Shown piece after piece: positions 8,269-17,429 of a stretch of 51,107 nt of DNA; the stretch's first letter is position 1; each line of letters starts with the position of its first letter. Source of the DNA: an uncultured Oscillospiraceae bacterium (GTDB taxonomy: Bacteria > Bacillota > Clostridia > Saccharofermentanales > UBA5734); NCBI GenBank assembly GCA_964579735.1, contig CAZOHH010000006.1, positions 1 through 51,107 of the forward strand. Direction: 5' to 3'. Under the pieces are notes generated by a model. It saw only the letters and a list, made by a program, of their open reading frames with translations. It ran no database searches and was not told where the DNA came from. The position numbers and the translations under genes are program-made.

Positions 8269-10089
8269 ATGCAGACCGTCAAGGGCAAGAGATATTTCCA
8301 GGGCCGCAAGTTCAATACGCTGATCGAGATGCTCCGGCAGTCCGTAGAACTCTGGGGCGACAAGGATGCCTACATGTTCCGGCGCACACCCGAAGGCCCC
8401 GTCGAATCGCGCACGTACCGCCGATTCCTCGACGATATCGAGGCGTTGGGAACCGGGCTCGTCGGATTGAGCCTCCAAGGCTGCCGCGTTGCCGTGATCG
8501 GGGAGAATCGCTATGAGTGGGCCGTCTCCCATTCCGCCGTCGTCAACGGCGTGGGCGTTTCCGTCCCTCTCGACCGCATGCTGCCTGAGAATGAGGTGTC
8601 GAACCTATTGGTCCGCGGGGATGCGGAAGCGATCCTCTATGCGCCTTCCTTCCACGACATGATGCTGTCGATCGCAAAGCAGAATCAGCGGATCCGCCAT
8701 TTCCTCTGCATGGACGGCGCTGCCGTGGCCGACAACCTTCCGAAGGACGACGGGCGGTTCGGATCCCTTCAAGACGTCCTCTCCGCAGGAGCCGCGGCTC
8801 TCGCTTCCGGGAACCGCACCTTCGTCGATGCGAAGATCGATCCCGACGTCATGTGCGCACTGCTCTTCACGTCCGGAACGACCGCGATGTCCAAGGGCGT
8901 CATGCAGAGCCAGCGCAATGTCTGCAGCAACGTCTACAGCGTCTCCGGCGTCATCCTGATCGAACCCGGCGAGCGGGCGTTGTCCGTCTTGCCGCTTCAC
9001 CACACCTTCGAGAACACGGTCGGCATGAACATGATGCTCTACTACGGAGTATGCATCTGCTTCACGGACGGTCTGCGGTATTTCGCGAAGAATCTTGCGG
9101 AATGGAAGATCCAGATTCTCCTGGCCGTGCCGTTGCTGTACGAGAACATCTACCACAAGCTGATGGACGGCATCAAGAAGAGCGGCAAGGAGAAACTGGT
9201 CGGCATCCTGCGCAAGGTCACGCGCTTCCTCCGCATCTTCGGCATCGACATCCGGCGAAAGATATTCCACTCCGTGCTGGAAGGCCTCGGAGGAAACATG
9301 CGTCTTTGCGTCAGCGGCGCGGCGCCGATCGACGCACGCATCATTCGAGCCCTGGACGATTTCGGAATCCTCTTTCTCCAAGGATACGGCCTGACGGAGA
9401 CTTCGCCGGTCGCGACGGCCTGCAATGAGAAGGTCAATATTCTCGGCAGCATCGGGAACCCGGTGTCCGAGGTCGAAGTCGCCATCGACACCGACAGCGA
9501 CGAACCCGGAGCCATCGGAGAAATCCTGGTCCGCGGACCGAACGTCATGCTCGGTTACTACGAGAACCCAGAGGCCACCGCCGAGGTGATGATGCCGGAC
9601 GGCTGGCTGCGCACCGGAGACATGGGCTGCTTCGACAAGCATGGCTGCATCTATGTCACGGGCCGCATCAAGTCGATGATCGTCATGGCGAACGGCAAGA
9701 AGGCTTTCCCGGAAGAAATCGAAGCGTTGCTCAACCGCATCGAGAGCGTCAAGGAGTCCATGGCGTGGGGAGAGAAGGAAGCGACCGGCGGCGTCGATAT
9801 CTGCGCCAGGCTGGTGGTCGATTCCGAAAAGCTCGCCGTACTTGCCGGTTCCGATGACAGCAAGGTCCAGATCGACTGGCTGTGGGCCAAGGTCCGCAGC
9901 GTGAACGCGGAAATGCCGGGCTATCGAGCCATCAAGTACCTGCTCATCAGCACGAAGGACCTGGTCAAGACCACCACTCTCAAGATCAAGCGCCCGGCTG
10001 AGGCCGAAAGACTGAAGAAACTGCTGGCGACGCACGGTGTCACGGTCCGCTCGCTCTCCGGAAAGAGCATCGATGCCCTGCTCGATTGA
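8269..10089 (+). CDS. Long-chain fatty acid--CoA/ACP ligase (AMP-binding), paralog 2
   Basis: LLFTSGTT, QGYGLTET, GWLRTGD, KTTTLKIKR; clearly collinear with 4565-6400. Confidence 0.93.
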   Translation: MQTVKGKRYFQGRKFNTLIEMLRQSVELWGDKDAYMFRRTPEGPVESRTYRRFLDDIEALGTGLVGLSLQGCRVAVIGENRYEWAVSHSAVVNGVGVSVPLDRMLPENEVSNLLVRGDAEAILYAPSFHDMMLSIAKQNQRIRHFLCMDGAAVADNLPKDDGRFGSLQDVLSAGAAALASGNRTFVDAKIDPDVMCALLFTSGTTAMSKGVMQSQRNVCSNVYSVSGVILIEPGERALSVLPLHHTFENTVGMNMMLYYGVCICFTDGLRYFAKNLAEWKIQILLAVPLLYENIYHKLMDGIKKSGKEKLVGILRKVTRFLRIFGIDIRRKIFHSVLEGLGGNMRLCVSGAAPIDARIIRALDDFGILFLQGYGLTETSPVATACNEKVNILGSIGNPVSEVEVAIDTDSDEPGAIGEILVRGPNVMLGYYENPEATAEVMMPDGWLRTGDMGCFDKHGCIYVTGRIKSMIVMANGKKAFPEEIEALLNRIESVKESMAWGEKEATGGVDICARLVVDSEKLAVLAGSDDSKVQIDWLWAKVRSVNAEMPGYRAIKYLLISTKDLVKTTTLKIKRPAEAERLKKLLATHGVTVRSLSGKSIDALLD

Positions 10090-10115
10090 TGCACGCAGAC
10101 TGACCAACGACATAT

Positions 10116-10147
10116 AGGAACGGAGGCGGGAAACCGCTTCCGTTCCT
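10116..10147 (+). terminator. Hairpin after ligase 2
   Basis: AGGAACGGAGGCGG-GAAA-CCGCTTCCGTTCCT. Confidence 0.65.
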
Positions 10148-10221
10148 TCATGCAGAGGGGTATATTGGTTTGCAGGGACCGGCGGATGTCGGCCTCGCCA
10201 GAGCAACAGGGAGGTTCCGAC

Positions 10222-11700
10222 ATGACCGCATCTCTCGTCTCGAGCACCTCGCCGAATCTCTTCCAGAGTCTTCTCGAACACGCCGTCAACCTCACCCAGT
10301 TTTCCGGCAGCTTCATCATGGATATCCTTTATCTCGCCCTGTTCCTCGGCATCGCGATTCTCGTCAAGAAGGGACTGCCCTTTCTGGACCGGTTCCTCGT
10401 GCCGAACGCGATCATCGCGGGCTTCGTAGGTCTCCTGCTCGGTCCGGAGATCCTGAAGCTGTGCAATTTCTCGGTCCCGAACCTCACGAACATGATCTAC
10501 CACCTGATGTCCGTCGGCTTCATCGCCCTCGCCCTCAAGGAACGCGAGGCGGGAAAGACCACGGAAGCTGGCCGGTCGGGCATGTTCATCGTCAGCACCT
10601 ACCTGATCCAGGCCGTGTTCGGCCTCGCCGTCACGCTGGGCTTCATCTATCTGCTCGACCCGACCCTGTTCCCGACGTTCGGCTTCTTCCTCCCCCTTGG
10701 CTACGGCCAGGGTCCCGGCCAGTGCCTTGCGCTCGGACAGCAATGGGAGAAGGCCGGTTTCATCGGGGGAACCAACACCGGGCTGTTCTTCGCCACCATG
10801 GGCGCTCTCTGGGCATGTTTCGGTGGCATCGCCTACGTCAACTGGCTGATCCGCAAGAAGGGCGTACTGCCGAAACAGGGACTGAGTCCCGCCTCAGGGA
10901 GGACGCAGGGGGTCGTCGTGGAGAAGGACGCCACCGACGAGTCTCCCATGAGCGAATCCATCGACCGTCTGACGGTGCAGGTCGTCCTGATCGGCGTCGT
11001 CTACCTTGCCACGTATCTCACCGTGTTCCTCATCGACTTCCTCCTCCGCGACAAGTTCGGTTCCTTCGGTACGACCTTCGCGAACATGATCCAGGGCTTC
11101 GCCTTCATCATCGGTACCGTATACGGCCTGCTGTTCCGCACGATCCTCGACAAGCTTCGCGGAAAGGGCTATGTCAAGCGCAACCACCCCAACAACTACC
11201 TGCTCCAGCGCATCGCCGGTCTCTCCTTCGACTTCATGGTCACCGCATCCGTCGCGATCCTCTCGTTCACCGCAATCGCCAGGTACTGGCTCCCGACCGC
11301 CGTTCTCGGCATTTCGGGGGGTCTTCTCACCATCTGGTGGTGCACGTGGATCGGCCGCAAGGTGTTCCTGCGCTACCCGCTCGAGAATCTGGCGGCCCAA
11401 TACGGCATGCTGACCGGGACGATCTCCAACGGAATGGCTTTGCTGCGCGAAGTCGATCCCGACTTCTCCAGCGACGCCGCGGACAATCTCGTGCTCGGCA
11501 GCGGCACCGGCCTCGCCGTCGGCCTGCCCCTCCTGATCGCCATCAATATTCCCGTCACCGGATACACGGCCGATATCGTGAATGGAACCCACAACGCGTG
11601 GATCTATTACATCGCCACCCTCGCGCTGCTGATCGTGTACCTGATCGTGCTCACGGTGCTCATGATCCGGAGGAAAAAGAAGAAGATCTCCGACGTCTGA
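10222..11700 (+). CDS. Sodium:glutamate symporter (GltS/ESS family)
   Basis: Polytopic membrane protein; FLVPNAIIAGFVGL, LGYGQGPGQ, YGMLTGT..GMALLR.VDP; RBS GGAGG before ATG 10222. Confidence 0.85.
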   Translation: MTASLVSSTSPNLFQSLLEHAVNLTQFSGSFIMDILYLALFLGIAILVKKGLPFLDRFLVPNAIIAGFVGLLLGPEILKLCNFSVPNLTNMIYHLMSVGFIALALKEREAGKTTEAGRSGMFIVSTYLIQAVFGLAVTLGFIYLLDPTLFPTFGFFLPLGYGQGPGQCLALGQQWEKAGFIGGTNTGLFFATMGALWACFGGIAYVNWLIRKKGVLPKQGLSPASGRTQGVVVEKDATDESPMSESIDRLTVQVVLIGVVYLATYLTVFLIDFLLRDKFGSFGTTFANMIQGFAFIIGTVYGLLFRTILDKLRGKGYVKRNHPNNYLLQRIAGLSFDFMVTASVAILSFTAIARYWLPTAVLGISGGLLTIWWCTWIGRKVFLRYPLENLAAQYGMLTGTISNGMALLREVDPDFSSDAADNLVLGSGTGLAVGLPLLIAINIPVTGYTADIVNGTHNAWIYYIATLALLIVYLIVLTVLMIRRKKKKISDV

Positions 11701-11765
11701 TCCTCAAAAAATGAAGGAAATGGAACGAATTCATTCATCCAATGAGGTTTCGTCTCATGGGACGA

Positions 11766-11794
11766 TTGCCACGCAACATTCAGTGTGATACGAT
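11766..11794 (+). promoter_or_regulatory. sigmaA promoter of the liv operon
   Basis: TTGCCA-17-TACGAT with TGn. Confidence 0.55.
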
Positions 11795-11851
11795 TCCACG
11801 AAATGATGCATCCGGGAGTCGGATGCGTAAATGAATGAAGGGGGTCTCCAA

Positions 11852-12994
11852 ATGTTCAAGAAGTCCTTGATCCTGGTCCTCATCCTCACGTTCGTCGTCG
11901 CAATCCTTCCTGCCTGCACCGCCACCTCGACCACCATCAACATCGGCACCATCATGCCCATCTCCGGCCCGGTCTCCGCATACGGAATCCAGTCCCGCGA
12001 TGCCGCCCAGATGGCCATCGACGAGATCAACGCCGCCGGCGGCGTGCTCGGCAAGCAGCTGAAGCTGTTCGTCGAGGACGACGAAGCCACCCCTGAAAAG
12101 ACCGTCAGCGCCTTCACGAAGCTTGCCACCCAGAGCAAGATCGTCGCCCTCGTCGGCGGCCTGACCAGCAACTGCACGCTCGCCATCACGGCGGACGCCC
12201 AGAAGCGCAAGATCGTCCTCGTGACGCCCTCCTCCACCAATGACAAGGTCACCGATGCCGGCAACTACATCTTCCGTTCCTGCTACAACGACTCCTTCCA
12301 GGGTCAGGTCATGGCCAAGTTCGCTTCTGAAGACCTGTCCGCCAAGACCGCCGCCGTCATCTTCGACAACACCAACGACTACTCCAAGGGCCTCAAGGAC
12401 AGCTTCGTCGCCGCTTTCACCGCTCTCGGCGGCACGGTCCTCACCTCCGAGTCCTACGCCAAGGGCGACAAGGACTTCGCGGCCCAGCTGACCAAGATCA
12501 AGGGCATGGACCCCGACGTCCTCTTCATCCCCGACTACTACAGCACCGTCTCCCTGATCGCGAAGCAGGCCCGCGCGGCCAGCATCACGGTCCCGATGCT
12601 CGGTGCAGACGGCTGGGACGAGATCGCCAACAATGCCGGCGATGAAGTCCTCGGTAGCTTCTACTGCAACCATTACTCTCCCGAAGCCGATGACGCCGAT
12701 GTCAAGAAGTTCGTCGCCGCCTTCAAGGCCAAGTACAACACCGACCCGAACGCCCTCGCAGCCCTCGCCTATGACGCCACCTACATGATCTATGACGCCA
12801 TCAAGCTGGCCGGCTCCACCGATGCCGCCAAGATCCAGGCCGCCATGGAGAAGACCAACAAGAAGTTCGTGACCGGCCAGATCTCCTTCAACGAGAAGCG
12901 CAACCCGGTCAAGTCCGCCGTCATCCTCGAACTGGTCGCGGGCGCTACCGCCAACAAGCCTTCCGTCGTGTACAAGACCATCGTCAACCCGTAG
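11852..12994 (+). CDS. livK: Branched-chain amino acid ABC transporter substrate-binding lipoprotein
   Basis: Lipobox LPAC, INIGTIMPISG, INAAGGVLG, DFAAQLTKIK, GADGWD. Confidence 0.9.
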   Translation: MFKKSLILVLILTFVVAILPACTATSTTINIGTIMPISGPVSAYGIQSRDAAQMAIDEINAAGGVLGKQLKLFVEDDEATPEKTVSAFTKLATQSKIVALVGGLTSNCTLAITADAQKRKIVLVTPSSTNDKVTDAGNYIFRSCYNDSFQGQVMAKFASEDLSAKTAAVIFDNTNDYSKGLKDSFVAAFTALGGTVLTSESYAKGDKDFAAQLTKIKGMDPDVLFIPDYYSTVSLIAKQARAASITVPMLGADGWDEIANNAGDEVLGSFYCNHYSPEADDADVKKFVAAFKAKYNTDPNALAALAYDATYMIYDAIKLAGSTDAAKIQAAMEKTNKKFVTGQISFNEKRNPVKSAVILELVAGATANKPSVVYKTIVNP

Positions 12995-13027
12995 GAACTT
13001 CTATCCGATACGCGAACCATCCGCTAT

Positions 13028-13064
13028 AATGGGTGGCGGGGCCTCCTGGGCACCGCCACCCATT
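13028..13064 (+). other. Intergenic stem-loop after the substrate-binding gene
   Basis: AATGGGTGGCGG...CCGCCACCCATT, 12-bp stem; usual position for an mRNA stabiliser or partial terminator in ABC operons. Confidence 0.55.
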
Positions 13065-13096
13065 CTCATGTCCGATTCTACTCTGCGAGGTGCGAC

Positions 13097-13999
13097 ATGG
13101 TTTTCCTTCAGCAACTCCTGAACGGAATCTCGCTCGGCAGCGTCTATGCGCTGATCGCCATCGGCTACACCATGGTGTACGGCATCGTGAGGTTGATCAA
13201 TTTCGCCCATGGGGACATCCTCATGATCGGCGCCTACAGCGGATACTATGTATTCCAGTGGTCCCAGGGGACCCGTTCTCCCATGGTCGCGCTCCTTTTC
13301 GCGTTTCTCTTCGCGATGTTCCTCTCCGCCCTGATCGGCGTCATCATCGAGAAGACCTGCTACAAGCCGCTCCGGAACGCGCCGCGCATCAACGCCCTGA
13401 TCACCGCGATCGGTGTCTCCATCGTCCTCGAGAACGGATCCCGCGTCCTGCCCTTCATGGGCCCGAACTACCGCCAGGTCATCGTCCCTCAGGACTTCAT
13501 CGGCAACCTTTCGTTCAGCGGGCTCACCATCAGCAAGGTGCAGATCCTGACGCTGGTCATCTCCCTTGGCCTGATGCTCATCCTGACTCTTTTCGTAGCG
13601 TACACGCGGACTGGCAAGGCCATGCGTGCGGTCTCCCACGATGGGCCGGCGGCGCTTCTGATGGGTGTCAGCGTCAACAACATCATCTCGATCACCTTCG
13701 CCATCGGCGCCGCCCTTGGCGGAGCCGCAGGCGTCCTCTACGCGATGAACTTCCCGATGCTCGATCCGTACATGGGCATCATGCCTGGCCTCAAGGCCTT
13801 CGTGGCCGCCGTGTTCGGCGGCATCGGCAGCATCCCGGGCGCCATGATCGGCGGCCTTGTGATGGGAGTCGCCGAGACCCTCACGAAGGGATTCATCAGC
13901 ACGAAACTCGCGGACGCAGTCGCCTTCGCGATTCTGATATTGATCCTACTCGTCCGGCCTGCCGGTCTCCTCGGCAAGGTCACCCGGGAGAAGGTGTGA
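13097..13999 (+). CDS. livH: BCAA ABC transporter permease
   Basis: QQLLNGISLGSVYALIAIGYTMVYG, INFAHG, GGIGSIPGA. Confidence 0.95.
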   Translation: MVFLQQLLNGISLGSVYALIAIGYTMVYGIVRLINFAHGDILMIGAYSGYYVFQWSQGTRSPMVALLFAFLFAMFLSALIGVIIEKTCYKPLRNAPRINALITAIGVSIVLENGSRVLPFMGPNYRQVIVPQDFIGNLSFSGLTISKVQILTLVISLGLMLILTLFVAYTRTGKAMRAVSHDGPAALLMGVSVNNIISITFAIGAALGGAAGVLYAMNFPMLDPYMGIMPGLKAFVAAVFGGIGSIPGAMIGGLVMGVAETLTKGFISTKLADAVAFAILILILLVRPAGLLGKVTREKV

Positions 14000-14003
14000 C
14001 GCG

Positions 14004-15032
14004 ATGAAGAAGAAATTCGCCGACCTCCTGCTCCTGCTCGGATTCGGGACCGTCGTCTATCTCGTGATCATCTTTCTGGGATTCATCGGCGTCATCGACG
14101 AGTTCTACCTCCACCTCCTCTCCATCGCCGGCATCTACATCATCGTCGCCCTTAGCCTGAACCTGATCACCGGGTTCACCGGCCAACTCGCCCTGGGCCA
14201 CGCCGGATTCATGAGCATCGGGGCCTACTCGGCCGCGATTCTCGTGATGCGCGCATCTCTCCCCTTGTTGCCGTCCGTGCTGCTCGGCGGAGTGGTCGCC
14301 GCACTGTTCGGCTTTCTCGTCGGATTTCCGACCCTGCGTCTCCGTGGAGATTATCTTGCCATCACGACCCTCGGTTTCGGCGAGATCATCCGCGTCGTCC
14401 TCAACAACCTCGAGGGCCTGACCGGTGGATCCGCTGGACTGAAAGGGATTCCGTCCTTTTCCGACACGGGAAACTACGTCCTCGATGCCATCATCAAGTT
14501 CTCATGGATCTTCATCTTCTTCGTCGCGACCGTCGTCGTGATCTCCAACCTCGTGCGCTCCTCGCCAGGCCGGGTCATCATCTCCGTCCGAGAGGATGAG
14601 ATCGCCTCGACCTCGATGGGAAATGACGTCGCGCGCTACAAGATGATCGCCTTCATCGTCTCCGCTTTCTTCGCCGGCATCGGTGGAGGTCTCTTCGCCG
14701 CCCTGATCCGATACCTCAACCCCTCCGACTTCAATTTCCTCTATTCCGTCAACTTCGTCGTCATCGCCGTCCTCGGCGGCCTCGGCAGCATCACGGGCAC
14801 GGTACTCGGCGGTCTCACCTTCACGTTCACCCAGGAATGGCTGCGCGTGCTCGGGGACTTCCGCATGGTCGTATTCGGCCTGATGCTGATCCTCCTCATG
14901 CTCTTCTGGCAGAAGGGAATCATGGGCAACAAGGAACTCTCCATTACGGGGATGGTCCGAGCGATGCCTGCCTTCTTCCGCGGACTACCCGCCCGAATCC
15001 GAAAACTACTGCGCAAGGGAGGTGACGCGTGA
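14004..15032 (+). CDS. livM: BCAA ABC transporter permease
   Basis: GFTGQLALGHAGF, LRLRGDYLAITTLGFGE, GGLGSITG. Confidence 0.95.
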   Translation: MKKKFADLLLLLGFGTVVYLVIIFLGFIGVIDEFYLHLLSIAGIYIIVALSLNLITGFTGQLALGHAGFMSIGAYSAAILVMRASLPLLPSVLLGGVVAALFGFLVGFPTLRLRGDYLAITTLGFGEIIRVVLNNLEGLTGGSAGLKGIPSFSDTGNYVLDAIIKFSWIFIFFVATVVVISNLVRSSPGRVIISVREDEIASTSMGNDVARYKMIAFIVSAFFAGIGGGLFAALIRYLNPSDFNFLYSVNFVVIAVLGGLGSITGTVLGGLTFTFTQEWLRVLGDFRMVVFGLMLILLMLFWQKGIMGNKELSITGMVRAMPAFFRGLPARIRKLLRKGGDA

Positions 15033-15823
15033 TGTCGACCCCGGTTCTCGAAGCCAAGGACCTCTCCGTCGTCTTCGGGGGTCTTCGCGCCGTCTCGAGC
15101 TTCCACCTGACCCTCGAGGAGGGTGAGCTCGTCGGACTGATCGGTCCGAACGGCGCCGGCAAGACAACGGTCTTCAATCTCCTCACGGGCGTCACGCCGC
15201 CCACGACCGGCGAAATCCGCATCCTCTCCGGCAAGGACGGGAAACTCCACCGCACGGACGGCATGAAGGCCCACCGCATCGCTCGTCTCGGCGTCGGCCG
15301 GACCTTTCAGAACATACGTCTCTTCAAGAACCTCACCGTTCTGGACAATCTCCGGATCGCCATGGACCACTCCCGCAAGACCACGATCCTCGACGCCATC
15401 CTTCGCACTCCGCACTTCTACCGTGAAGAAGCCGAATTCAAGGAGAAGTCCGTGGAACTTCTGAAGATCTTCGAACTGGACGGGAAGAAGGACCTCCTCG
15501 CAAGGAACCTTCCCTACGGCGAGCAGCGCAAGCTGGAGATCGCCCGTGCCCTCGCGACCCATCCGAGACTGCTTCTGCTCGACGAGCCGGCGGCCGGCAT
15601 GAACCCTCAGGAAACCAAGGACCTGATGCGCCTGATCGCCTTCGTGCGCGAGCGCTTCCAGCTCACCATCCTTCTGATCGAGCACGACATGAGCCTCGTC
15701 ATGGGCATCTGCGAAAGGATCGCGGTCCTGGACTACGGGCAGACCATCGCCATGGGAAACCCTGCGGAGATCAGCCGGAATCCAGCGGTCATCAAGGCCT
15801 ATTTGGGCGAGGAGGCGGTCTGA
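15029..15823 (+). CDS. livG: BCAA ABC transporter ATPase
   Basis: GPNGAGKTT, RTFQNIRLF, LPYGEQRKLEIARAL, LDEPAAGMN, IEHDM. Confidence 0.95.
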   Translation: MMSTPVLEAKDLSVVFGGLRAVSSFHLTLEEGELVGLIGPNGAGKTTVFNLLTGVTPPTTGEIRILSGKDGKLHRTDGMKAHRIARLGVGRTFQNIRLFKNLTVLDNLRIAMDHSRKTTILDAILRTPHFYREEAEFKEKSVELLKIFELDGKKDLLARNLPYGEQRKLEIARALATHPRLLLLDEPAAGMNPQETKDLMRLIAFVRERFQLTILLIEHDMSLVMGICERIAVLDYGQTIAMGNPAEISRNPAVIKAYLGEEAV

Positions 15824-15825
15824 CG

Positions 15826-16530
15826 ATGCTGAAGGTCGAATCCATCAATGTCTCCTATGACACCATCCAGGTCCTCCACGACCTCAGTTTCCATGTGGAC
15901 GAGGGTGAAATCGTCACGCTGATCGGTGCGAACGGAGCAGGGAAGACGACCACGATGCACACGATATCCGGGTTGATCCGAGCGAAGTCCGGCACGGTGA
16001 GCTTCCAAGGCAAGGACATCACCCACACTCCCGCAGACAGGATCGTCGAGTTCGGTCTCTGCCAGGTTCCGGAAGGCCGCCGCATCTTCGCCAACATGAC
16101 CGTCATGGAGAACCTCGACATGGGTGCCTTCAGGGAACGCAGCCGCACACGGAAGGCCGCAGGTCTGGAACAGGTCTTCAAGAGCTTTCCGCGTCTATTC
16201 GAGCGAAGGTCGCAGAGTGCCGGTACGCTTTCAGGAGGCGAGCAGCAGATGCTGGCGATCGGCCGCGCGCTGATGGCCCATCCGAAACTCCTCCTTCTTG
16301 ATGAACCGTCCATGGGACTGTCCCCCTTGCTCGTCAAGGAGATCTTCAGCATCATCAAGGAAATCAATCGTTCGGGAACCACGGTGCTGCTCGTGGAGCA
16401 GAATGCGCGCATGGCCCTGTCCATAGCCAACCGCGCCTATGTCCTCGAAACGGGTCGCGTCGTGGCCAGCGGCGATGCCAAGGAACTATCGGAGAGCGAA
16501 GAGGTCCGCAAGGCCTACCTCGGCATGTGA
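15826..16530 (+). CDS. livF: BCAA ABC transporter ATPase
   Basis: GANGAGKTT, VPEGRRIF, LSGGEQQMLA, LDEPSMGL. Confidence 0.95.
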   Translation: MLKVESINVSYDTIQVLHDLSFHVDEGEIVTLIGANGAGKTTTMHTISGLIRAKSGTVSFQGKDITHTPADRIVEFGLCQVPEGRRIFANMTVMENLDMGAFRERSRTRKAAGLEQVFKSFPRLFERRSQSAGTLSGGEQQMLAIGRALMAHPKLLLLDEPSMGLSPLLVKEIFSIIKEINRSGTTVLLVEQNARMALSIANRAYVLETGRVVASGDAKELSESEEVRKAYLGM

Positions 16531-16589
16531 CGCGGACTGCGGCCGAACGAAACGGACGCAAGGGAAGCCAAGTCCCGAAGGAGGGGAAA

Positions 16590-17219
16590 ATGTACGTTCT
16601 CAACAGCATGACGTCCAACCCCTATACCGTCTCCCCCGACGCGACCATAGCCGAGACCATGGAATTGATGAGGGAGAAGAAGATCCGCCGCCTTCCGGTC
16701 CTGGAGAACGGAAAGCTCGTGGGCATCATCACCGAGCGCAAGCTCCTCGAGGTCTCCCCCTCTCCCGCCACCAGCCTCAGCGTCTTCGAGATCAACTACC
16801 TGCTCGCGAAGACCCGCGTCGCTTCCCTGATGACCAAGGACGTCATCACCGTCATGCCCGGCACACTCCTCGAGGAGGCGGCCCGGATCATGCGTGACAA
16901 GGATATCGGCGCCCTCCCGGTACTCGATAACGGCGCACTGGTCGGTATCATCACCGAAACCGACATCTTCGACGCCTTTCTCGAGATCCTCGGCTTCCGG
17001 AGCCGCGGCACCCGCCTCTCCGTAGAAATCGACCAGGACAGGCCGGGCATCCTCGCCGACATCGCGGCCATCATCGCCGACCTCGGGATGAACGTGGTCA
17101 GCGTGGCCGTTTTCCGCAACGAAATCATCTTCAAGATCAACACCCTCAACACCGTGGAGCTCGTCGGGCTCATCTCCGGCAAGGGCTATCGAATCCTGTC
17201 CGTCCTGACCTACGATTGA
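16590..17219 (+). CDS. CBS-pair plus ACT domain protein (AcuB-like)
   Basis: Two CBS repeats (IRRLPV...GIIT, IGALPV...GIITETD), SPATSLSVFE, ACT motif DRPGILADI. Confidence 0.9.
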   Translation: MYVLNSMTSNPYTVSPDATIAETMELMREKKIRRLPVLENGKLVGIITERKLLEVSPSPATSLSVFEINYLLAKTRVASLMTKDVITVMPGTLLEEAARIMRDKDIGALPVLDNGALVGIITETDIFDAFLEILGFRSRGTRLSVEIDQDRPGILADIAAIIADLGMNVVSVAVFRNEIIFKINTLNTVELVGLISGKGYRILSVLTYD

Positions 17220-17319
17220 CCGTAACCGGTTTTCATGAAAACGCTATCGCCATGAGGCAGAACGGCGTCGCGCAAGCGGCGCCGTCGCTCTGGTGGCTTT
17301 GAGGTAGTCCGGGGTCGAC

Positions 17320-17348
17320 TTGACGGCGAGGTGGGGTGGTGGTATTTT
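17320..17348 (+). promoter_or_regulatory. sigmaA promoter of the hrcA operon
   Basis: TTGACG-17-TATTTT with TGn, directly upstream of CIRCE. Confidence 0.75.
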
Positions 17349-17352
17349 TGCA

Positions 17353-17379
17353 TTAGCACTCTACGCGTTGGAGTGCTAA
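17353..17379. promoter_or_regulatory. CIRCE element (HrcA operator)
   Basis: Perfect TTAGCACTC-N9-GAGTGCTAA. Confidence 0.98.
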
Positions 17380-17429
17380 ACTGTACCGGACCCCACTCGA
17401 CGATACCCGGTAGATGGAAAGGAAAAGCA

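Noticed and set aside
8146-8532. N-terminal extension of the PlsC-like ORF
   Set aside because: Overlaps ligase 2 on the opposite strand; a good RBS and TTG exist at 8145.
8605-10743. Long antisense or alternate-frame ORFs (also 217-1398, 10170-11714, 38333-40123, 43608-45392 and others)
   Set aside because: They overlap confidently identified genes and have low-information Arg/Pro/Gly-rich or antisense-type composition typical of high-GC DNA.
16590-17219. CBS-ACT gene at the end of the liv operon as a novelty
   Set aside because: This arrangement is common in Firmicutes.
17229-17300. Palindrome GTTTTCATGAAAAC and GCAA-loop hairpin after the liv operon
   Set aside because: Adequately explained as an operon-end hairpin; no further support for a distinct element.
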